A DNA stretch of 64,000 bases from the human T2T-CHM13v2.0 reference genome, Homo sapiens. Made by a program: the position numbers and the translations under genes. Below the pieces are notes generated by a model. It did no database searches. It had not been told where the DNA came from and saw nothing but the letters and a program-made list of their open reading frames with translations. Positions 52,854 through 64,000 of this stretch are shown here, piece by piece (position 1 is the stretch's first letter; every line of letters starts with the position of its first letter). The DNA lies in NCBI RefSeq assembly GCF_009914755.1, contig NC_060925.1, one strand, 5' to 3'.

Positions 52854-54991
52854 ACTGGATTCCCAACAACTGGAAACATGAGAGAGTAATTTCAGTTTCT
52901 AGGATGGGTTTAACTGGCTTTCATGATAAAAAGAGAAATATTTCTTGATCCACAAGAATACAGGTTTTTGTTGTTGTTGCTGCTGTTTTTTCCAAAAGTG
53001 ATTTGAGTTCCTAGTGTAAATCAAAACCAGACGCAACTGTAATTGCCAATTGATGGTACAAATGGACAGGTAAATCCAAGAAGTGTATTTCGATTTTTAA
53101 AAAGTTCTGTACCCTGGAATTCCCTTCTTCAGCTTGCCTTGCACCTCTGCATTCAGGAGTGCTATGGCCCTGATCAATCAAAATGAACACTGGCTGTAAA
53201 CAACCAGCATGGTGGTGGTGCTATGCCTGAATGTCAGCCTTTTCTGGTCCTTTGAGCAAGAATTAATTGCATTCTCATTAGGGGTCCTGGGAACTTCAGG
53301 GTCAATCTTTCTTGTGGAATTGAGCACATTGTTTTAAAGCTATTTGTTTATTTGTCCAGTTCAATTTCCTTCTAGACAGTGAAGCACTTGAGGGCAGGGA
53401 CTGTATTTATCTACCTTTGTATCTTTATCACCAACTTGGTGCCTAGCACAGAGACAGTTCTCAGTAAATCTTTGCAAAATAAATTAAAATTGTAGAGGAT
53501 ATTTAGAATTTTTATTCTAAGATAAATGCAAATGTGTTATTGTGTCAAGCACTCATCTGTATTTAAATCCCAATTACTGGAATGTATTTTAACAATAGTT
53601 TAGTCTGTACCCTAACATTGACTGTGCGAATTTCTGACTTATAGTTTAAAAGTCTCTAGGGAAGAAAATTTCAAAACTTCCTCGTTGCTCTTTTTAGAAG
53701 TTCAATTACAGTAATAATCAGCACCTACTAACTCACTGGGATATTTCTAGTATTATTTGCTCTCATGTGACCATATAGCATGTATCTCAAGTGCTGCACA
53801 AGATTTGCAGCTGTGACTGTATGGAAAGCTTGGGAAATATTGTGCTGAGCTCCTTTTGTAAGGGATGTGGTTTCTAGATTCTGTGTTCAGGGAAAAAAAA
53901 GTCTAAAACCTGCAAGTACTCATTTGTGGAACATTTAATTTCATTACTTTGTTAGCAAAGCGTGTATCTGGAGGTAAACACCAATCAGCTACAGTTGGCT
54001 TCAGGCCCAAGAGAATTGAGGTTAGGAGTCAAGACAGAAAGATGGCTATTGCAGGAAAATACGTCTGCTCTAGACTAGGATAAATTTTCCTATTGAAATA
54101 TGAAATAGACCATTACACAGAAGTTTGCCTACCACTAAAAGTGTTCTAGAACATTATAGTTCAAGGGTGCCAAATTTTAAGCAAAGTCCTGTGGTTTCAG
54201 TGATGCTATTTTCAAATCATGATTCCTGTAAGAACAATCTCTGCCACTAAAGTGTAGCTTTCTCTCACACACTTATTCATATATTCTGGCTGTCCTCTGT
54301 CTTCCACTAATCTGAGAAGTTTATGGCACAAATCTGATTCTTTTCCTTAAATACTTGCATTAGGTTAATTCTTAGGTGGCCCAGTAACCTTGCGAAGAAA
54401 GATCAGTTTGGGGCAAACCATGTGAAGCCCCCTTTCAAATTCATTTCTGCCCTACTTTCTGTCTGCTTTAATCCACCACATTTCCTTGTCTATTTTGTAC
54501 TCTAGGTCAAACCACAGCAGCACATTTTAAAACCTGGTAGGAAGCGGGTCTCAGAGCTCTAGAGGAACTATTATGCCAGTCTTACAAATTATTTTTTAAT
54601 TATCGGTTTCTCAGACAACTCACTTGGTTTACTTTCAGGAAAAATGTTATCGCTGTAAATGAGTTGTACTTTCTTCTGTCAGAAAACATAAAGTGTGTAA
54701 CCCCTTTTATTTTAGCTGAGTGTGAATTTTTAGATTCAAATTGTTTGCCATGTATTTCTTAGTTTGTAAATTTGAAATGAAGCAACATAAACAACGGTTT
54801 CTGCCCGGAGAAGGTCATGCCAGTCAGGACCCTGCGCATTGATGGTCATCTTCAGGTGATTAACGTTGATAGATATCTGAGCAGAGAATAGTGCAGGATG
54901 GAGAAGGAGCCATCCACAGACAGGGTTTAGCACATTCAGAGTAGACTCACCAGGCTAATGCTCATGGGCCCGCTCTGGTTTCATTTAGGGC

Positions 54992-55548
54992 TGAGAGACT
55001 GATTATATGAATGGACAATGGCCAGACCCTATATGAAAACAGAACCCTGACCCACAACCTGCAGCAACCCGCCCAGGAAACTGACTCCTTATTCTCAATA
55101 AAGAACCCAGAAAGCTAGCCTGCCATGAGTTAGACTTGTAACAAGTCAGATTGCAATCTCCAGTAACCATCTAGGAAGCTAAACAATAACTTCAACAATT
55201 GACCTCAAGTGGCCAGGACTTGATCAATAACTGGCAGCTTCCCTAATTTTGTGTCCCCATTTTTAACTTAGGATGAACGAGAGACAGCCAAATAACACAC
55301 CCCTAACAAATCAGACAGGATGCCCCACTTCCTGTTAGACCACCTACAGCTTCCCTGCACCCATAACCTTTAATTAGGGCACATCTGAAACCTTCCTTTT
55401 TTTCAGGATAAAGCTTTCCCACTTCTCTTCCTGCCTTTGTGTCTCCGCCAAAATGCAAGTGACAGTGTGGCTGACTCCCTGCCTCTAGCAAGCTCAGAAT
55501 AAATAGCCTTTGCTTGTTCTCATTTGGTTGGTCTTTGTTTATTTCCAG
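54992..55548 (+). mobile_element. Solo ERVL-class LTR (MER77-like)
   Basis: 'tggacaatggccagacc...ctgacccacaacctgcagcaacc'; aataaa near the end; 5-bp TSD agggc. Confidence 0.7.
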
Positions 55549-56839
55549 AGGGCCTAGTTGGGCAAGAAATGATATTGTCCAGGAGCACGTTTTAATTTCA
55601 TGGTCTCTGTAGGTATGTGATTCCATGTAGCTGTTGTTCCTTCAGGTACATTAGCATTTCCTAGCTTTGGGGTGGGGGCTGTGGCTGACCTGTGAGAGAT
55701 GCAGCCTTGCTCCCACTTGCTGTTCCACGTGTGGAAAGGGCAGAGCAGTAAAGCACATTGCTAAATGTCAACGCATGCATTAGGTATTACCATCTCACGG
55801 TGAACCCCATTCACATGGCGCCCAGTAGGGAGGAGCAGAGGGGCCTCTTTGCAACAGAGATCAATGGCCAACAGCTTTTCTTTTTTTAAAATGTAAAACT
55901 ATAAAGGAAAACCTTTTCAAACATTATCCTCAAAAGATTTGGAAATAGGAGATCTGAGATTAGTGGGTCACTGAAGGGCTAGCACTTGCTTATAGATGAC
56001 TTAGCTTAGAAACTCCAACTTCCTCATACTTTTGTTTCTGCTGATAATAGAATGCAGTACAACAGGAGTGAAAAACAAAGCCAAATTATTTCTTTATCTT
56101 TTTCTAATGAAAATTCAATGACATTTCAGCAGTGACTTCTTCCCAAACCTTAAGGAGTACATATAAGCGTTAAGATGAGAAGTTGACCAATTGCCTAAGA
56201 ACAGTTTGAAGCATATCACACCTTATTTTGTTATTATATTTGGTTTCTACTACGTAGAGTTCATTATCTGTGTTCTCTCTGTTATTACTATATTTGAGAA
56301 TTGTAATTATGGAGCTTTAATAGGATGAAAGAAAAGAAGGATGCAAAAATACTTAAATACTGTTCATGATGAAAGATCTACATTATTTTCAAATTATCTT
56401 TTATTTTATTAGCTGAGTTTTTAGGGTCCTATGGCAATATACTAGAGTCCAAGTATTTTTTCAAAGTAATTTAATTTTATGTTGTTATGATTAGGTAAGT
56501 CTACTGAATTGAATCAATTTATAGGAAAAGTATGAGATTAGTATTATTAAATTTCATACTGTAGTCTGGTTTGCTTTAATATACCTATATATGTATGTGT
56601 GTGTTTATTTAAGACTTTAGTTGTGAAATATAGACTCCTGTTAGTAACTGATGCCTTTTCCTTTTCTCTTTGATTAGAAGAAATACATTAGAAAGGTATC
56701 AGAATCAACTCATTTGCCAGTTGGCAAACATTCCTGGAATTTTAAGAATTGTAACAACAATAAAACAATAACTGTTTATTAAGTGCTTACTATGTGCACT
56801 GTCCTTAGTGCTTTACTTCTGTTATTTTAAGTGTTAGAT

Positions 56840-57910
56840 TATTTATAGAGATCACAGTAATAATCCTTTCATTGTTTATGCACGCACATTTGCAATGTAA
56901 ATTTGCTGTCTGCCCCACCTCCTTCTGTGAGGGAAGTCTATTTTCCCCTTCTCTGAATCTGGTCTGGCCCTTTGACTTTCTATGGTGAATAAACTGTGGT
57001 GAAGGTGATATTTTGCAAGACAAGGCCTTGGGAGACACTGCTGCTTTCTCTCTCAGCTTCTTGGAACCCAGAGCTGGGATGAATGACCATGGAGGGAAGA
57101 GGCTCAGCCACAGAACTAGCACAACCCCTTGATATGCAAGCGAGGCCATCTTGAACAAGCCAGGTCCAGCTGAGCTAACAGATGGCTACAGGCAAGACCC
57201 AAACCAAATGGTACCCCACAGAATTATAAACCAAGCAAATGTTTGTTTTTTAAAATTTTTTTTTATTATTTTATCGTTAATTGTAGTAAAATACACAGAA
57301 CATAAAATTTACCATGTTAACTATTTTTAAGCGTACAATTCAGCAGTATTAAGTATATTCACATTGTTGTACGATTAATCTCCAAAACGTTTTCATCTTG
57401 TAGAACTGAAACTCTATACCCAGTAAACAACAACTTCTGTTTCTCCCTCCTGCCATTCCCTCACAATTACCATTTTACTTTCTGTTTCTGTGAGCTTGAC
57501 TATTCTAGATACCTCCTCATACAAGTGAAATCATGCTATATCTTTATGTGACTGGCTTATTTCATTAAGGATAATGTCCCTCAAGTTTTATCCATGTTGT
57601 AGCATATATCAGAATATCCACCTTTGTGAGGCTGAATAATATCCACTATAGGTATATGTCACTTTTTTTTCATCCATTCATCTGTCAGTGGACACTTGTG
57701 TTGCCTTTATCCAAATGGCTGTTGTAAATAATGCTGCTAAAAACATGGGTGTGCAGATATCTCTTTGAGACCCTGCTTTAGATTCTTGTGGATATTCCCA
57801 GAAGTGGAATTGCCAGATTATATGGTAATTCTATTTTTTAACTTTTTGAAGTGTTGTTGTTTTAAGCCATTCATAACTGAGGTGATTTGTTCTGTGTGAT
57901 AGCTGAAACA
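56840..57910 (+). mobile_element. MLT1F/G-like LTR split by an L1MB insertion
   Basis: 'tgaatctggtctggccc...gaggccatcttg...' resumes as 'gttgttttaagcca' after the L1. Confidence 0.6.
57255..57850 (-). mobile_element. L1MB (L1MB3-like) 3' end
   Basis: 'acataaaatttaccatgttaactatttttaag...aactgaaactctataccc'. Confidence 0.88.
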
Positions 57911-60900
57911 CCTAACTGAATTTTGACAACAAGGCTTCGAGGTAGTTTCTACCATTCTCATTTTTCAAGGGAGAAACTTCACTTACCCAAGGTCGTATGG
58001 TTTGGACAAACAGAACCAGGCTTTGACACCATGAAGTCTGGTACCAGAACCTCACTCTGCGGCACACTGTACCACTTTACAGAAAGCATGTTCAGAATTG
58101 TTTTACCTATAGTGGTTGACGCTGGACAGAAAGAAACATCAGTAACCAACAATATTGAAAAGAACCCTATCTATGACTGATGTAGTTCAAGGAAGTATAC
58201 TTTTCCAGAGTTTGTAGTATTTATCCATTGTATGGTGGCCTCTGAGCTTATTTCTGTGTTGTCAGCTAGGCTTACCCTGGTGGTGTTGGAGGGAATAGTA
58301 CTGGATGATCTACAGGGAGGTCCACTCACCCCACTCCAGGGCTGCTGGGTCCAGATGGGCAAATTGGGTTCGAACAAAGGGTGCCAGAGTGGGCTGGAAT
58401 CCAGAGCCCATCTGGATTCCACTCAGGTGGGACCAAGCCTGTGCTCTGGCCATCTGGGAGCAAGGGGTCCTTTTTCTAATGGATCCTCCCCGGAAAGGCT
58501 CCTTTGTGCAATTCATCTGACCGGAGAAGGTCCTCTCCTTAAGTCCTTCCTCTTCCCTCAGATAGCGGGGCTGTTGTTGAACTGTATCACAGCTCCCTGT
58601 CCTCCCCATCACCAAGTCCCTGCCCCTTAGTGCTGGATGACTGTTGTTTCTCCTCCATCAGGGTAACCTGTGTTGTTGAAGAAGCCACCAGAAAAAACTG
58701 TGGTTGAGCAATAATGAACTCTTGACTTGAGCGTTAAAGCGGGGCCCCAGTGGTTTGCAGGAGCCGGTCAAGTAGAGATAGACCGAGATGGAGATGAGCC
58801 ACTGTCAGCTGAGTGTGTAATCCAGGAGGCTGTCTTTACACAGTCCTGGGCTTTGAAGTTGGAGCAACTCCTGGCTTTACCACCTAGGAACCATGTGACT
58901 TTGGACACTGTACTTAACCTCATCAAGTCTCTGAGACACAGGTACATGAGAAATGCCTGCCTTACAGGACTGCTATAGGCTCAAAAAACAAAGTCTCTAA
59001 AGGGACTGGAAGAGAATCTATTAAATAGTCAATGTTCGATACATGTTCATTGTTACCACACCCATTCTTCCTCATTACTTCCTTCACCTCCTCCCAAATT
59101 CTTCTACAGTAATAATAATATTACTATTACAACTATTATCATTAAAACCAGAGGCCAGTTTAGTTAGATTTGGTGGTATCTGATATGATTCACATTAAGA
59201 GAGTTATAATGAAGACCTGCTTGTGATTGCAAAGGTTCACTTGCAAAGGGATAGGATGAATGGGATGTGGATTAGCAGCAGCATTATAAAAATCTTTACA
59301 AGTTTCAGTTGAGAATAATCTAACATGCTTCGACCTAAAGAAGCATACAAGTAAGCCCAAAAACAAGGAGTAGGGAAGGGCATCCACCAACCACAAGGCC
59401 AAGGGAAGGCCTAGGTATCTCTACAGGACAGTGAAGAATTGTGACCTATAGTTTAATCCACCACAAAGGGCATGCACTGGTATGGTTGGACAGTTTTTAA
59501 AGCATTTATCCATCCTAAATGGGCAGTCCCAATGCTTGATTAGTAGTGCCAGTGTAATGCCTATTGTTAAGTATTTTGAGTAGCATCCTCATTGCTAAGA
59601 ACTTCATCTACAGTATATCATTTACTCTTTTTCTTTCTGCATTAGTCTTTATATTAGATACTTATCTATGTATTTATGTTTATTTAAATAAACTTAGGGG
59701 TACAAGTGCAATTTTGTTACATGGATATATTACAGTAGTTGTGAAGTCTGGGAGGAAATACCATTTACTTTTAACAACAACCATATACTTTTTGTATATA
59801 TAAAGCACAGATACATGTGCAGTATACAAACAGATACACAGTATATCTGTGATATTAAAATTTTATGTGGGGGAGCAATTAGAAAAAATGTCTAAAAAGT
59901 GTCCTTAGAGGGACGATAATGAAAACATCTAAGAATTACTGGCAATTGATATTTTTATTAAATAAATGTGAAAATATAGGTTGAGAGGTTAAATAATTAG
60001 TCCAAGAACATAAAATTATTAGGTGTGAGAGCTCTGACTTATACCCAGGTTTGTGCGATAATGAAGTGTGTGCTTTTATCCACCTTACCACCTTGCTTCC
60101 TTGCCCTTCATTCAGCTCTCTGAACCTCTGCTTCCCTCCATGTGCTTTACTGCTTCCCATCCTCCCAAATTTCTCTGTACCCTCCCCCGGTAGTGGCCTA
60201 GATTCTCCTAAACTGCTCTGTCCCCCTTCTAGGATCTGAGATCCCACCTCTTTGGTTTCATTGTTAGTGAAGGAATGCTTCAAGGGAAATTTCTGCTCTT
60301 GGGTTGGAGGAATGAGTGTTTGCATTTTAATGCCCATTCAGAGACATTTCTCAAAGGACTGAGTCTTTTCCAGTGGGACTTCAGGATCTCTCACATGCCA
60401 GTGGGAAGCAATTTGGAACTGTGTGCTTTGCAAACCCGTGCAAATCATAGCAGGAAGGCCGATGCCTATCTCTAGCTAAAGCCTTATGTGCTATATATCT
60501 TCATGTGAATGTCTGGACAAGAATCCCCTGCTCTTATGCCATAACCTGGGCTCTACACCTGAATTTCTCCATGTAGCAATTCCAAGAAAATTCAATCTTC
60601 AAAACACATTTTTTAGTAAATAGAGGCAGCCATGAGAAACATTTTGTTGTTGCTCTGAAAAGTTGTTGTTTTATAAAATGGAATAGTCAATCTCAGCTTT
60701 CTAAACAGAGTTTCTAGGATCAATTTATCAGGAATGAGTGGATTCCTTTCTCTTCCTCCCAAAGGGTCTATGGAAGATGAAGAATACAAGCAATAATAGC
60801 AAATCAATCAAATTTACATTGCAAAGAATCCTTCACAAAAGTACCTGAGAGGGCTCTACCTAGATAATCAGATGCTAACATTACCTTTTTCCCAAATATA

Positions 60901-61166
60901 GTCCACCTCTGCAAAGAACCAAGGAGTGTGGGCTTCAGCTTCTCTACAGAGTCGCTGGTGGTTAAACTCAAAGTAGCAGGGCCTCACATTTGGGCACTGC
61001 TGTGTAGGAGGTGCCAAGAGTCAGTCACTCAGCTGATGGCCTCTGGTTTCCAAAGGAAAAACAAAAACTGTTCAGAGCTATTGTTCAAAAAGGAAAAAAG
61101 GATTACTCCCCAAATTTTAGCACCCAAAAGCATACATGTGAGTGTCAAGTGCTAACATTTGCCCAA

Positions 61167-61498
<332 letters not shown>

Positions 61499-61615
61499 CT
61501 ACAAAAGCCAAGGTTATTTCTTAGGTTATTTCTCTCATTTGATATAATGGATAAATTCATTCAAATGCCTCAGTTTCCCTATCTTTAAATTGGGAATCAT
61601 AGGAATACCCACCTG

Positions 61616-62316
61616 CAATAGTTTACTAGGGCTATGGTAACAAGGTGCCACAAACTGGGTGACTTAAATGAGAAACTAACTGTGTCACAATTCTACAGAC
61701 TAGGCATCCGAGATCGAAGTGTCACAGCACTGTTTTCTTTCTCAGGGCTCCTGGCTGTGTGCTGGGAATCTTTGGTGTTCCTGATCTCTGCCTTCATCTT
61801 CACATGGTGTTCTCCCCTGTGTATGCCTGTGTCCCGTTTCCCCTTTTAACAATGGTACCAGTCATGTTGGAACAGGGACCCATCCTACTCCAGTGTGACC
61901 TCATTTTGTTTTTTGTTTGTTTGTTTGTTTGTTTTTAGACAGAGTCCCACTCTGTTGCCCAGGCTGGAGTGCAAGGATGTGATCTCGGCTCACTGCAACC
62001 TCTGCCTCCCAGGCTGAAGCGACTCTCTTGCCTCAGCCACCATGCCTGGCTAATTTTTTGCGTATTTTTAATAGAGACAGGGTTTCGCCATGTTGGCCAG
62101 GCTAGTCCCGAACCCCTGACCTCAGGTGATCCGCCCGCCTCGGCCTCCCAAAGTGCTAGGATTACAAGCCTGAGCTACCGCACCCGACCAACCTAATTTT
62201 AATATAACAAATTATATCTACAATGGCCCTACTTCTAAATAAGGTCAGACTCTGAGGTATTGGGGTTTAGGATTTCAACATACGAGTTTTGGAAGAATAT
62301 AATTCAACCCATGACA
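61616..62316 (-). mobile_element. MLT1C-like LTR with nested Alu
   Basis: 'caaactgggtgacttaa...tctctgccttcatcttcacatgg...aataaggtca...aattcaaccca'. Confidence 0.75.
61905..62189 (-). mobile_element. AluS with internal deletion and (TTTG)n tail
   Basis: 'gcctcagcc|accatgcctggc' lacks the tcccgagtagctgggattacaggc segment. Confidence 0.9.
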
Positions 62317-63088
62317 CCACCTCACATGGTTTGGTGTGGATTAAATGAGTACAAAAATTGCTATGTGAGGGTTTGCTCTAATTATTATTAGTAAGTAGAT
62401 GTCTTAAAGGATAACAACATAAGCAATGATTACTACTTGAGAACCTACTAAGTGTCAGATACTATATTGTCAAAAACTTCTAATCCTCGTAGAAACCTTC
62501 AAAGTGTGTTTTTTATCTCCAGTATCTTCAGTTTACAAATGGGTAATCTGAAGCTTAGAGAGGTGAAAAGATTTTGATGTACCTGAGGCTTCACAACTTG
62601 TTTATGATTATAAACAAGACTATAATCTCTACTTGATGGTGAAACTCTTTGAATAATGGAAGAAGGTTTTAAAAATTCATACCTCCTTACTTTAGTTTTT
62701 GTGTGCAAATGCAATCTTCCGTATAATGTATTGAGTTTGCATAATCAAGGTTCTAAAATAATTTTTTAGATAGGAAGCTTAGCTATGGATAAAAACTGCC
62801 AATTCAACAGATAAAAGATAGTCATTTTGATCTTGTCAATAATTACTTTAAGACAGTGGCAGGTACCTGATTTAGTTAACATTCAGTGAACAGAGTCCCT
62901 GAACCTGTGCTAGGAATCCCAGTCCAATAAAACCTTGCTCCTGCCTTCAAAGAGCTCACAGTTAGTTTAGAGAGTGTGCTAAGGGGATAGGCCACGGGGC
63001 CAGGCAAGATTCACGGGGCCACGGTGAGGAAGATTCAGGTTTATGATGCGGGTGTGAAATAACTTACTTGGGATCAATGAATCATTGA

Positions 63089-63379
<291 letters not shown>

Positions 63380-64000
63380 TGAGAGGAGATGAAGGCCACT
63401 TTAGCTAAGCCTTTAGGTTCATTGAAGAGGCCATTCAAAAAGATGAAAGGTTTGACATATACTTCCCTATATCAAGCCATGCCTGATTTTTCAGAAATAA
63501 GGTAGAAGTTTAATGGATGTCATAGTCTAAAAATTTGTAAGGTAATCACTATAAATGGAGGGAAAAAAACCCAGTTATTTTCTCTTAGGGCCATTTCTCA
63601 TGGGAATTCAGACTAGAATAAAAGGAAGTTATTTATAGGATGTTTAATACCCAGTCCCTCACCAGGATTCTAGATAGAAAAAAAATATTTCTGGAGATGG
63701 AAACGCTGGTTTCAGTGTCATGTGGAAAGTTTTGTTAAACACCTATCATGTGCAAAAAATGAATATCTTCTCGATTTAGAAGAGCATATAGTCTAGCAGA
63801 GGAAGATAGATACTTCAAACTCTCCACCTCACTTGCCTGGATATGAAATACTTCCTGCTTTTGAATGAATTACATTGATGTTGATTAATGATAATGGAAT
63901 AACATTACTTTGCATTTGGAGGATGCTTTTAACATTTCAAAGTGCTTTCCGAATTATTTCTCCTGTCAAACTGTCCAACAAGCCTGGTGTGGATGGGGGC

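Noticed and set aside
58171-58630. Four overlapping ORFs in a GC-richer unique patch
   Set aside because: No protein resemblance and no convincing splice sites bounding a frame

Overview
Primate (almost certainly human) non-coding DNA, either intronic or intergenic. It is AT-rich, CpG-depleted and has no CpG island. I can recognise no cellular protein-coding exon and cannot name a host gene. Almost all track ORFs are chance ORFs or repeat translations (Alu, L1 ORF2 C-terminus, LTRs). A large part of the window is interspersed repeats: Alu J/S and a free monomer, L1 3' ends (L1PA3 to L1M), L2, MIR, CR1/L3, solo LTRs (LTR1, THE1, MST, MLT1, MER77-like) and DNA transposons (Tigger2a, Tigger3a, MER2, Charlie1a, MER5, MER20, MER3/33). 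Subfamily names come from my recall of consensus sequences and need RepeatMasker/Dfam confirmation; boundaries of old elements are approximate. The most unusual signals are: (1) a centred dyad octamer / E-box / octamer in a ~2 kb repeat-poor block (7807-7842); (2) a run of back-to-back inverted repeats (3317-3452); (3) a 119-bp locally templated copy inserted inside a Tigger2a terminal repeat with microhomology at both ends; (4) a 35-nt U2 snRNA 5' fragment inside an L2; (5) candidate minus-strand non-coding exons. I see no convincing evidence for a wholly new biological system; these are candidates for follow-up.
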